Under the pieces are notes generated by a model, which was not told the origin of the DNA, did not search any database, and worked only from the letters and a program-made list of their open reading frames with translations. From an uncultured Collinsella sp. (GTDB taxonomy: Bacteria > Actinomycetota > Coriobacteriia > Coriobacteriales > Coriobacteriaceae): a stretch of DNA of 64,000 nt. The stretch lies in the NCBI GenBank assembly GCA_902489945.1, contig CABUBZ010000002.1:11666-75665 (forward strand), in the 5' to 3' direction. Made by a program: the position numbers and the translations under genes. Shown here piece after piece: positions 18,106-27,443 of this stretch. Numbering within the stretch: the first letter of the stretch is position 1; each line of letters opens with the position of its first letter.

Positions 18106-19116
18106 CTAGATTTCGCGCACGCTCTGGCGCTCGACAAAATAGGTCGACACGGCCGTTTTGCAGGTGTAGCTCTTGGGATTGCGGATGTTGCCCACCAGGC
18201 GGCGCACCGCGATCTCACCCACCTCGTGCTTGGGAACATGCACCGTGGTGAGCGGCGGGTTGGAGAAAGCGCCCAACGACAGGTCGTCAAAGCCGATGAT
18301 CGAGACATTATCGGGCACGCGAATGCCGTGCTCGTTGAGCGCGCGCATGGCACCCACGGCGAGCACGTCGTTCTCGGCAAAGAAAGCCGTTGGCAGATCT
18401 TCGCGCGAGGAATTGTCGAGCCACGCGCCCATGTCGCGATAGGCGCCCTCGAGCGTGGTGCCCAGCGTGACGCGCCATGCCGGATTGACCTCGAGGCCCG
18501 CATCCTCAAGTGCTTGGCGATAGCCGCGCTCGCGGTCCTTAAAGTTGCGGATACGAAGGTCGCCCGCCAGATAGCCGATTTGCTTGTGACCTTTCTCGAT
18601 AAGGTAGTCCACGGCACGCAGCACCGAATCGGTATTGGCAATGACCACGGCATCGAAGTACTGGCGGTCGCTCCAGCCATCGAGCACAATCAGGTGGGCG
18701 GCGGCGTTAGCGAACAGGGCGTAGTCCTCCTCGCCCAACTCCGTACCCATTAGTACAATAGCGGCGGCCGGATCGGCAATCAGGCCCTCGACCTGCGGAC
18801 GCACGGCGTCTAGGTCGCTAAAGTCGAGCGAGACAAAGCTCGTGCTCATGCCGTGGCGACGCGCCTGGCGCTCCACGCCCTCGATGACCGCGGGATGGAA
18901 GGTGCTCTCGTCCAGGATGGCGCCCGTCTTGCGCGCGAGCACAAACTGGATGCTCTCGAGCTGCGTCGACTGCTGATAGCCGAGCGACTGCGCGCACTCC
19001 AGGATGACTTTGGCGGTCTCCTCGCTCACGCTGCGCTTGCGGTTGAGCGCGTTGGACACGGTTGCGGGCGAAAAACCGGTGATGCGGCTGATCTCGCGAA
19101 CACTTGCTTTGGCCAT
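18106..19116 (-). CDS. LacI family transcriptional regulator
   Basis: SVREISRITGFSPATVSNALN HTH; ENDVLAVGA, IIGFDD, PPLTTV. Confidence 0.95.
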   Translation of the reverse strand: MAKASVREISRITGFSPATVSNALNRKRSVSEETAKVILECAQSLGYQQSTQLESIQFVLARKTGAILDESTFHPAVIEGVERQARRHGMSTSFVSLDFSDLDAVRPQVEGLIADPAAAIVLMGTELGEEDYALFANAAAHLIVLDGWSDRQYFDAVVIANTDSVLRAVDYLIEKGHKQIGYLAGDLRIRNFKDRERGYRQALEDAGLEVNPAWRVTLGTTLEGAYRDMGAWLDNSSREDLPTAFFAENDVLAVGAMRALNEHGIRVPDNVSIIGFDDLSLGAFSNPPLTTVHVPKHEVGEIAVRRLVGNIRNPKSYTCKTAVSTYFVERQSVREI

Positions 19117-19319
19117 GGTTCCCCCTAGCAACGGTCGTGGCGGAGCATCGTGGCCTGACCGCCCCGTGACTCGACAACTAAACGACCGCAAATTTAATCT
19201 AAACAGAATAGTAAATGTTTAATAGCTAGTTTAGCCTGTTGTCAAGCGAAGCGACGCGACTATTCCCCCAACGGGCGTATTTACTCGGTAGCTAATCTGG
19301 AACGGGGCACAGAAACCGT

Positions 19320-20294
19320 TTAGCCAAGGATGCGAGCCATGCGTGCCTTAAACTCCACGAGGAAACGTGGGGCGTCCACGGTGAGCGCCACGAGCGCGCT
19401 CTTATCCGGATCGGACAGACGGTGCTCGTCACAGATAGTGCGGCCGCGGTACTCGCCCAGCAGGTCGACACGAAGATTGCAGCCGAGCGCACCCACGAGC
19501 GTGGGATCAATCGCCACGGCAACCGCCAGCGGATCGTGCAGCGCGCAGCCGCCCAGGTAGGGCGCGTTCATTTCGTACGAACCGATATAGTGCTCGACCA
19601 TGCTCGCAAACGCGCAGCCAGCCATAGTACCCGAGCCCGTCCAGCCGGCAACGTCGCGACGTGTGAGCACCACGCGGTGCGTCACATCCAAGCCCACCAT
19701 GGTGAGCTTGCGGCCCGAGCGCAACACGGCGTCGGCAGCCTCGGGGTCGCCCGCCATGTTGGCCTCGGCGCCCGCGCTCACGTTGCCGGGCACGGTAAGC
19801 GCACCGCCCATCACGACCACGCGGCCGATGGACATCATCGCCGCCGCATCGCGCTCCAGGGCAAGCGCCAGATTGGTGAGCGGGCCGGTCGCAACGTAGA
19901 CCAGATCGGGACCATAGGTACGCGCGGCATCAATCAGGTAATCGACCGCCGCATTGCCATCGGCCGACGTCGCGCCCACTGGCTCGTACGGCGAGGCGGG
20001 CACGCTTGCGCCGCCGATGCCGTTCTTGCCGTGGATAAGCGTGGTGGACGCCGGCGGCGTGTAGGGTTCGGTCGCCTTCATGGGACGATCGGCGCCCAGG
20101 TACACCGGCACCTCGGGACGACCCAACAGGTCGAGCACCGCCAAGCAGTTATGCGCCGACTGCTCGACGCGCACGTTGCCAAAGCACGTGGTGATGCCGA
20201 CGAGCTCCACCTCGGGGCTCGCGATGGCATAGGCGAGCGCCATCGCATCATCCACACCCATATCCAGATCAAGGATCAGCTTCTTGGTTGCCAT
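19320..20294 (-). CDS. Inosine/uridine-preferring nucleoside hydrolase
   Basis: DLDMGVDDA (DxDxxxDD), TGPLTNLA, MGG, AEAN, LHDP. Confidence 0.93.
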   Translation of the reverse strand: MATKKLILDLDMGVDDAMALAYAIASPEVELVGITTCFGNVRVEQSAHNCLAVLDLLGRPEVPVYLGADRPMKATEPYTPPASTTLIHGKNGIGGASVPASPYEPVGATSADGNAAVDYLIDAARTYGPDLVYVATGPLTNLALALERDAAAMMSIGRVVVMGGALTVPGNVSAGAEANMAGDPEAADAVLRSGRKLTMVGLDVTHRVVLTRRDVAGWTGSGTMAGCAFASMVEHYIGSYEMNAPYLGGCALHDPLAVAVAIDPTLVGALGCNLRVDLLGEYRGRTICDEHRLSDPDKSALVALTVDAPRFLVEFKARMARILG

Positions 20295-20298
20295 TGTT

Positions 20299-21294
20299 CT
20301 ACTCCGCTTCTCCGTCTACATCCAAACCGTCTAAACCAAACTTGTGCTCGACTTCCGCACGCGTGGGAATTGATTGCTGAGCGCCCAGGCGCGATACCGT
20401 CACCGCCGAGGCGCGAGCACCCGCGGCCATGCACTCAAAGAGCGGCAGACCCTCCAGACGAGCTGCAGCAAGCGCACCAATAAACGTATCGCCCGCGGCC
20501 GTCGTATCGACCACCGCGCTCGAAAGCGCCGGCATGCGCAGCGGCTCACCGCCATCGCCGAGCGTAACCGAGCCGGCGCCGCCCAGCGTGATGACCGCGG
20601 CGCCGGCGCCCTTGTCGAGCAGCGCATTGAGCGCGGCGACGCAACTCGCATCATCTGTGGGCAGAATGCCCGTCAGCATCTGGCACTCGGTCTCGTTGGG
20701 GCAGACCAAGTCGACCGCAGGCCACGCTCCTGCCGGCAAATCGCAGGCGGGCGCAGGGTTAAAGACCGTATAGAACCCCAGCTCGTGAGCGCAAGCAAGC
20801 GCCTCGGCCGTCGCTGCAAGGTCACATTCGCCCTGGACGATAAAGACGCCGCCAGCAGCCGGGGCAAACTCGCTGGCATCGCCGTCGAGCTCGTCGGCCA
20901 CCAAGCGCCTCAGTGCGCGGGCAACGTCCTCGCCCGCAAGCGCATGGTTGGCGCCCGGCGACAGCACGATGCGGTTGTCGCTCTCACAGCGAATGATAGT
21001 CGCGGTACCGGTCTCCACGTCATCGCGACGCGCCACAAACTCAACGCCCACGCCGGCATCCTGGAGCCCTGCCACAAGCGCATCGCCAAAGGTATCGCGC
21101 CCAACAGCGCCAATCATGCACGTGCGCGCACCCATGCGCGCAGCAGCGACGGCCTGGTTAGCGCCCTTGCCACCAGCGTTTGTGATAAAACCGCTGCCAC
21201 CGACTGTCTCGCCCGCACGCGGCATGCGCTCGCACGCCATCGAAAGGTCCATGTTCATGCTGCCGAACACCGCAACGATGCTGTGATCCGCCAT
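20299..21294 (-). CDS. rbsK: Ribokinase (PfkB family)
   Basis: GSMNMD, GGKGANQAVAAAR, NPAPA, PNETE, VDTTAAGDTF; start at 21294 behind GAGGAGG. Confidence 0.88.
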   Translation of the reverse strand: MADHSIVAVFGSMNMDLSMACERMPRAGETVGGSGFITNAGGKGANQAVAAARMGARTCMIGAVGRDTFGDALVAGLQDAGVGVEFVARRDDVETGTATIIRCESDNRIVLSPGANHALAGEDVARALRRLVADELDGDASEFAPAAGGVFIVQGECDLAATAEALACAHELGFYTVFNPAPACDLPAGAWPAVDLVCPNETECQMLTGILPTDDASCVAALNALLDKGAGAAVITLGGAGSVTLGDGGEPLRMPALSSAVVDTTAAGDTFIGALAAARLEGLPLFECMAAGARASAVTVSRLGAQQSIPTRAEVEHKFGLDGLDVDGEAE

Positions 21295-21481
21295 GGAAAC
21301 CTCCTCGTCTTCAGGCTTTGCGCCCACCGTCGACCAACGATTGTGCACTCTCGCACCCCCTATAACTTTAGTCCACTTTGATGTGGACGCGCGCTTGAGC
21401 TTACGCCAGCAGCAAGCATTCACAGGGGCAGGCAGCTACAATGAATACGTGCTGATTATTCTCGTCATTGGATGATGTTTT

Positions 21482-23698
21482 ATGGAACAATTCTCGCAAT
21501 CGGGCTCGCGCGGTCGACGCCGCACGGGCAACGAGCCGGCGCCGCACGAACGCATGAAGGGCGAGCGCCGTGCCAACGAGCCGCGACGCACCGCGAGCCC
21601 CCATCGCGCTTCTGCCAACAACGCGGGCCGCGCCAACACTCCCGCCGCGGAGCAGACGCCTGCTCGCCCCAAGTCCCGCTACATCCCTGCCCTTGACGGC
21701 CTTCGCACGCTTGCCGTCGTCGCGGTGGTGCTCTATCACCTCAACCTCACGTGGGCGCAGGGCGGCCTGCTTGGCGTCACGATCTTCTTTGTGCTTTCGG
21801 GCTATCTGATCACGCGCTTGCTGCTCAACGAAGTCGCTAAGACCGGCCGCATCGACCTCAAGAGCTTCTGGATCCGCCGCATCCGTCGCCTGGTCCCCGC
21901 CGTGGTGACCGTTGTGGTTGTAACCTGTGCGCTGTGCACCATCTTTAACCACGTGATGCTCACCAAGATGCGCCCCGACATCCTGCCGTCGCTGCTGTTC
22001 TTCAACAACTGGTGGCAGATTGCCCAAAACGTCTCGTACTTCAACGCCCTGGGCGACCCCTCGCCGCTTACGCACTTTTGGTCGCTCGCCATCGAGGAAC
22101 AGTTCTACCTGGTTTGGCCCCCGCTGCTGCTCGCTATGGTATCCATGCACATGAGCAAGCCCAACACGCGCCGCATGGTTCTGGGCCTGGCTGCTGTCTC
22201 CGCCATCGCCATGATGGTGCTCTATAACCCCGCCGCCGACCCCGGCCGCGTGTACTACGGCACCGACACCCGCGTGTTCTCGCTGCTGCTGGGCGCCTGG
22301 ATGGCCTTTATCCCCGATCGCGACCTGGCTCCGGTGCGCCTCGCCCATCGCCTGGGGCTCGACCGCTTGGTCGGGGCCGCCAAGCATGACAAGAACGCCG
22401 AGGGCAAGCTTGGCGAGAAGGCCGACAACGCAGCCGAGACCGTCCCGACTCAGCCGAGTGCGCTCGTGCGTTTTTGGTCCTCACCTGCATCCATCGATGT
22501 GCTGGGCGTCGTGGGTCTGGTTGGCCTTGCCGCCATGGTCGCGCTCACCAACGGCTACACCGCGTTCCAGTATCGCGGCGGCACGCTGCTATGCTCCATT
22601 CTCACACTCATGGTCATTGCCGCCTGCGTGCAGCCCCAGGGAATGGTTGCCCGCGCACTGTCCGCCGAGCCGCTCGTGTGGGTTGGCAAACGCTCGTACA
22701 GCATCTACTTGTGGCACTATCCGCTACTGTTGCTCATGAACCCGGTCGCCAACATCAACGATACGCCGTGGTGGCAGTACATTTTGCAGGTGTTGTTGGT
22801 GGTCGCCGTAGCCGAATGCTCATATCGCTTTATCGAGACGCCGTTTAGAAAGGGCGCCTTTGGGCGCACCGTATCCGAGTTCCGCGACGGCACCACCGCG
22901 CCCGCCAACTGGGTGCGCGCGCACGTCCCTGTCTGCGCAGCCTGCGCTGTCGTGTTGGTCGTTGCACTGGGCGGCCTGATCTTTGTGCCGGAGACCTCCG
23001 CACTGAGCGGTGAGGGCGCCGAAGTCCTCAACAAGGAAGCCAAAAACACCGCGCCCACCGACCAGCAGGCGGCCGACGACACCGACAAGGACAACGACGG
23101 CTTCCCCGACGGATCCTACGACCTGCTGATGATCGGTGACTCCGTGTCGCTGCGCGCCGTCGATTCCTTCGACGGCGTGTTCCCCCACAGTCACATCGAT
23201 GCCGAAAAGGGCCGCCAGTTCGATGCGGGCCGCGCGACATTTGAGGGCTATCTCCAACAGAACCTTGCCGGCAAGATCGTGGTCTTTGCACTGGGCACCA
23301 ACGGCTTGGTAACCGACGACCAGATCGACGCCATCATGGCCGATGCGGGAGATAAGCGTATTGTGGTGTTTGTGAACACGCGCAGCCCGCAGCCGTGGGT
23401 TGGCTCTACCAACCAGGCCATCGCCAACGCTGCTACGCGCTACAAGAACGTGCGCGTTATCGACTGGTACGGATACAGCGCCAATCGCAACGACCTGTTC
23501 GATGGCGATGGCACGCACCTGTCGACCACTGGCGTGACTGAGTACCTCAACTTGATCCACGATGCAGTCAAGAAGGACCTGCCCGTGCATCCCGAGGATC
23601 ACGTCAACGATCCGCAGCCGGCGGCCGTCAAGTCTGCCACCGACGCGCTCGTCAATGCGCTCGCTCTCAAGCCGCACAAGCTGGGCACCGACAAGTAA
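21482..23698 (+). CDS. oatA: OatA-like O-acetyltransferase (AT3 membrane domain + SGNH domain)
   Basis: LDGLR, GVTIFFVLSGYLI, RRIRRL, HFWSLAIEEQFY, SYSIYLWH; SGNH motifs GDSV, GTN, DGTH. Confidence 0.87.
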   Translation: MEQFSQSGSRGRRRTGNEPAPHERMKGERRANEPRRTASPHRASANNAGRANTPAAEQTPARPKSRYIPALDGLRTLAVVAVVLYHLNLTWAQGGLLGVTIFFVLSGYLITRLLLNEVAKTGRIDLKSFWIRRIRRLVPAVVTVVVVTCALCTIFNHVMLTKMRPDILPSLLFFNNWWQIAQNVSYFNALGDPSPLTHFWSLAIEEQFYLVWPPLLLAMVSMHMSKPNTRRMVLGLAAVSAIAMMVLYNPAADPGRVYYGTDTRVFSLLLGAWMAFIPDRDLAPVRLAHRLGLDRLVGAAKHDKNAEGKLGEKADNAAETVPTQPSALVRFWSSPASIDVLGVVGLVGLAAMVALTNGYTAFQYRGGTLLCSILTLMVIAACVQPQGMVARALSAEPLVWVGKRSYSIYLWHYPLLLLMNPVANINDTPWWQYILQVLLVVAVAECSYRFIETPFRKGAFGRTVSEFRDGTTAPANWVRAHVPVCAACAVVLVVALGGLIFVPETSALSGEGAEVLNKEAKNTAPTDQQAADDTDKDNDGFPDGSYDLLMIGDSVSLRAVDSFDGVFPHSHIDAEKGRQFDAGRATFEGYLQQNLAGKIVVFALGTNGLVTDDQIDAIMADAGDKRIVVFVNTRSPQPWVGSTNQAIANAATRYKNVRVIDWYGYSANRNDLFDGDGTHLSTTGVTEYLNLIHDAVKKDLPVHPEDHVNDPQPAAVKSATDALVNALALKPHKLGTDK

Positions 23699-23721
23699 CC
23701 TGCAGCGCAAACTTCCCACAT

Positions 23722-23760
23722 CCGGAGGGGGTGCCTGCCATGGCAGGCACCCCCCTCCGG
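23722..23760. repeat. Near-perfect 39-bp palindrome
   Basis: CCGGAGGGGGTGCCTGCCA|TGGCAGGCACCCCCCTCCGG. Confidence 0.7.
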
Positions 23761-23951
23761 CAGTTAGGGACGTTCCTTATGCGCCGGCACCCAAGGACAC
23801 TCCTGACACAGCCGAGGAACGCCCTCCTTGCGACCGAATTCTGGGCGCCTCGCCACCCCGAGCGTTGTTTCCAAGCCCCACATCCGCAGCAAACAACCCA
23901 AAATCACTCTTTTCGAGCCGACTGCCATATAACTAACGCCCTATAGCGGGC

Positions 23952-23986
23952 AAAAAACAGGCCGCAGCCCATCGCTGCGGCCTGTT
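23952..23986 (-). terminator. Intrinsic terminator between convergent oatA and Nramp genes
   Basis: AAAAAACAGGCCGCAGC-CCATC-GCTGCGGCCTGTT. Confidence 0.75.
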
Positions 23987-24004
23987 CGGAAGCAAAAGTG
24001 GGCG

Positions 24005-25267
24005 TTAAGCGCTGTAGCCCATCGCTTGCAGGACAAACATGACGACCGTGAGCACCGTAATCACGGCGATAGTCGCCCAAGTGAGCATGTTCCACACGCG
24101 ACCGTTGCGGTTGGCACCCATAATGTGACGGTCGGCTGCGATAACCACCTGGAACACCAGAACCACGGGCAGTAGCACGCCATTGATGACCTGTGAGGTC
24201 ATCATAATCTGGAACAGATCGACGCCGGGCATAAGCACCAGCACGGCAGAGATACCGATGATGGCCGTAATGATGCCGCGATAGACCGGGGCCTCGTCCC
24301 AGCTGCGGTCGGCACCGCGCTCCCAGCCAAATGCCTCGCAGATAGCGCTCGACGTAACGCCCGGCAGCACGCAGGCAGCCAAGAAGCTCGCCGCGACCAG
24401 GCCCGAGGCAAACAGTACCGTGGACCACTGACCCGCAATAGGCTCCAGCGCACGGGCAGCATCGGCAGCATCGCTAATCTGAATGCCCGCCGGGAACAAC
24501 ACCGTACCGGTCGTGATGATAATAAAGCCGGCAATGACATCGGCGGCAAGCGAGCCGCTCACGGTATCGATGCGCTGCAGCACGATATCGTCCTCGCCCG
24601 CGTTCTTATCGACCACGTTGTTCTGCGCCAAGAAAATCATCCACGGCGCGATGGTGGTACCGATCGTTGCGACCACGAGCGACACGTAGCTGGGATCATT
24701 TTGAATGTTAGGCACGACCAGGTCGACCGCGACCTCACCCCAGTTGGGGCCAGCCATAAACGCGGCGACAATATAAGTCACGAACACGCAGCTCACCAGC
24801 AGCAGAATCTTCTCGATGCGCTGGAAACTACCCGACATGGTAAGCATCCACACCAGCAGCGCCACCAACGGCACCGAGATGCTCGCCGGCACGCCAAAGA
24901 GAGCAAGGCCGCTGGCGATGCCCGCAAACTCCGAAATGGTCACAGCCGTGTTGGCGATCAACAGCGCCGCCATAGCAAGTACACTCTTGCGCACGCCAAA
25001 GCGCTCGCGAATGAGCGATGCCAGGCCCTTGCCTGTGACGCAGCCGCAACGCGCCGCAGTCTCCTGCGTCACGACGAGTAGCACGGTCATGACGGGAAGC
25101 ATCCAGAGCATCTTGTAACCATAGCTGGCTCCGGCGCTGGAATACGTGGCGATGCCGCCGGCGTCATTACCCGAAAGCGCCGCCAACAGACCGGGGCCCA
25201 TGGCGCCAAAGATGGCCGCAATGGTCAGCTTTTGCTTAGTGCTCGCCTTTTGCTTCGTGTTTTGCAC
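24005..25267 (-). CDS. Nramp-family divalent metal transporter, NRMT (Mg2+)-type
   Basis: TM1 reads GNDAGGIATY instead of the canonical MntH DPGN; TM6 GTTIAPW; GTG start at 25267 behind AGGTGG. Confidence 0.85.
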   Translation of the reverse strand: MQNTKQKASTKQKLTIAAIFGAMGPGLLAALSGNDAGGIATYSSAGASYGYKMLWMLPVMTVLLVVTQETAARCGCVTGKGLASLIRERFGVRKSVLAMAALLIANTAVTISEFAGIASGLALFGVPASISVPLVALLVWMLTMSGSFQRIEKILLLVSCVFVTYIVAAFMAGPNWGEVAVDLVVPNIQNDPSYVSLVVATIGTTIAPWMIFLAQNNVVDKNAGEDDIVLQRIDTVSGSLAADVIAGFIIITTGTVLFPAGIQISDAADAARALEPIAGQWSTVLFASGLVAASFLAACVLPGVTSSAICEAFGWERGADRSWDEAPVYRGIITAIIGISAVLVLMPGVDLFQIMMTSQVINGVLLPVVLVFQVVIAADRHIMGANRNGRVWNMLTWATIAVITVLTVVMFVLQAMGYSA

Positions 25268-25275
25268 GCGACCAC

Positions 25276-27120
25276 CTAACCCATGACTGACATGGTGAGC
25301 AGCACCGCGGCGACGCAGTACGCCACACACGAGATCATGACGGCAATGACGTTCATGGCGGTGCCCGACGTGTTGAGATCATGCTCGTCGCGCCAGAACA
25401 GCACCATCAGATAAATCACGGCACTCATGTTGCCAACCAGGCAAATGACGGCAGCGATATTAAAGCAGCCGGTAAAGAGCTGATCCTCAAACATGGGGGC
25501 GTCGGGGAACGCGGCGGTACGCACCAGTTGCGCGCACAGATAGGTCACGAGCGACAAAATCAGGCCCATACCGGTGCTCTGGAAGAAGAATCCCAAGTAG
25601 GGCTTAGGCTCGTCGTCGTGGCCGTCGTACTCCAAGAAGTAGTTCTTGACGAACGACACCATGCGCGAGGCCGCCAGCAGCACGAGCGGCATGGCGCACA
25701 TGGGAAACACCACCAGATGCGCGGAGCCGATCGCCGTTCCCAGCACGGTTGCCATAAGGCACGAGGCGATGCCCCACACGACAACCCAGTACTGGCGATG
25801 CACAAACCAGCTGAGCACGTTGGTCGAGTCATCGGACGCGCTATCGCCCGAGCCGACGCCCGCGATCTGCAGGTCCTCCTGGTGTTCCTCGGCGATAACG
25901 TCCATGGCGTCGTCAAAGGTCACAATACCCAAAATGTGACGATTCTCGTCGCAAACGGGGATGGCGACCAGGTCGTACTTGGTCATCTCGTCCGTTACGT
26001 CTTCCTGGTCCTCGTCGGGCGACACATAGACCAGATCGCGGTAGGCCAACTGGCCCAGCGTGGCGTCGCGATCGGCCACGATGAGCGTGCGCAGCGAAAG
26101 TACACCGGTGAGCATACCGCTCGGATCCACGGTGTATACGTAGTAGACGCTCTCGAAGTCTTCGTCGAGTTTGCGAATCGCGTCAATGGCGTCACCGACC
26201 GTCGCCGTGGCGGGCAGGGAGACAAACTCCGAGGTCATGATGCGGCCGGCGGTGTTATCCTCATAGCCCAGCAGGTTACGAATCGCCTTCTCCTCCTTGA
26301 CGCCCATCAGGCGCAGGAGTTTCTCGGCCTTCTCGTAATCGAGCTCGTCGATCAGGTCGGCGGCGTCGTCCGGATCCATCATGGCCAGCATCGACGACGC
26401 GTCCGTGTCGGACAGGCCCTCGAGCATCTCGGTCATAAGCTCGTCATCGTCGAACTCCGAGATGGCCTCGGCGGCCTGGGCGGTGTCGAGCTGCGCAAAT
26501 ACCTGTGCGCGCAGGCGCGGGTCGAGCTGCTCGATAATGTCAGCAATATCGGCAGGGTGCAGCTCACCGAGCGTCTTGTGCGACACCGAAAGCTGAATGT
26601 TCTTAGTTGAACGGTCGAGCAGGTCCATGTAGGACCAAGCGATGATGTCCTCGCCAAGCGGCTTGCCCAGATGCTTCATAAAGCCCTCGACGACATGCTC
26701 GAGCGCGGGACTAATCGCACGCAGCAGGCCGCGAGCGCCCACCTCGGCACCCAGCAAACGCAGCTGATTTTCGCCCGACATGGAAAACTTGATGTCGTTT
26801 ACGCGCACGACCTTCATGCCCTGCGTGTCGACGATTTGCTTGTTGAGCACGTCGCGCGCAAGCAGCAGCTCGGTCGGCTGCAGATACGAAAAGCGAATAT
26901 TGGTCGCAGATGTATTGAGGTACACGCCCGTCTCGTCGATACGGTCGACCCATTTGCGCCAGCTGATCATAAACGGCGTCTTGCCGGGACCGCGGAACGC
27001 AAGCGACGTCACGTGCGGAAAAACTTCGCCGGCGGCAATGCCAAAATCGTTCACTACGCCGAGCTTTTCGCCATCGACGTCCAAGACCGGCAACTTGAGC
27101 ATCTCACTCAGATAATTCAA
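25276..27120 (-). CDS. MgtE-like protein (PRC-barrel(s), MgtE_N, CBS pair, divergent membrane C-terminus)
   Basis: LHPADIADI, MDPDDAADL, YEDNTAGRIMT, KYDLVAIPVCD, GIVTFDD; TTG start with GGGAG RBS. Confidence 0.82.
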   Translation of the reverse strand: MNYLSEMLKLPVLDVDGEKLGVVNDFGIAAGEVFPHVTSLAFRGPGKTPFMISWRKWVDRIDETGVYLNTSATNIRFSYLQPTELLLARDVLNKQIVDTQGMKVVRVNDIKFSMSGENQLRLLGAEVGARGLLRAISPALEHVVEGFMKHLGKPLGEDIIAWSYMDLLDRSTKNIQLSVSHKTLGELHPADIADIIEQLDPRLRAQVFAQLDTAQAAEAISEFDDDELMTEMLEGLSDTDASSMLAMMDPDDAADLIDELDYEKAEKLLRLMGVKEEKAIRNLLGYEDNTAGRIMTSEFVSLPATATVGDAIDAIRKLDEDFESVYYVYTVDPSGMLTGVLSLRTLIVADRDATLGQLAYRDLVYVSPDEDQEDVTDEMTKYDLVAIPVCDENRHILGIVTFDDAMDVIAEEHQEDLQIAGVGSGDSASDDSTNVLSWFVHRQYWVVVWGIASCLMATVLGTAIGSAHLVVFPMCAMPLVLLAASRMVSFVKNYFLEYDGHDDEPKPYLGFFFQSTGMGLILSLVTYLCAQLVRTAAFPDAPMFEDQLFTGCFNIAAVICLVGNMSAVIYLMVLFWRDEHDLNTSGTAMNVIAVMISCVAYCVAAVLLTMSVMG

Positions 27121-27262
27121 TGGTGCTCCCCATCATTATTCCTTCGGACTGCGACCGTGATGGCACGCACTCCGTGGACTTCTGGATATGTATACGCATG
27201 CGCGGGCGGCACGCCGCTCGGCGTTTACACCCCGTGCATGCGCAGAAAGCACCTGCAAGGGG

Positions 27263-27295
27263 TCATCGACTGTATGGTCGAGGTTTGGATTTCAC
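27263..27295 (-). CDS. Candidate leader peptide MKSKPRPYSR upstream of the MgtE-like/NRMT operon
   Basis: GTG AAA TCC AAA CCT CGA CCA TAC AGT CGA TGA, preceded by AGAGAAAGGT RBS and extended -10 TGCTATAGT (27332-27340). Confidence 0.5.
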   Translation of the reverse strand: MKSKPRPYSR

Positions 27296-27414
27296 CTGTA
27301 ACCTTTCTCTTGACCCTTGTTATCCGCAGTAACTATAGCATCAGCATCGCGCTGCGGCACCGAGTTTATGCGCTGCACATTGCAGGCATACCTAACGCTA
27401 ACGCATCCGTGACA

Positions 27415-27443
27415 TAGTCATTGGGGACGTTCTTAAATGACTA
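27415..27443. repeat. 29-bp REP-like unit TAGTCATTGGGGACGTTCTTAAATGACTA
   Basis: Identical copy at 40339-40367; ends TAGTCAT/ATGACTA are complementary. Confidence 0.8.

Noticed and set aside
27121..27340. M-box (ykoK) riboswitch
   Set aside because: Expected from gene context, but I could not find the conserved GTTAGGTGAGGC/GCTAAAGC elements by eye; an Infernal scan is needed to exclude it fully.
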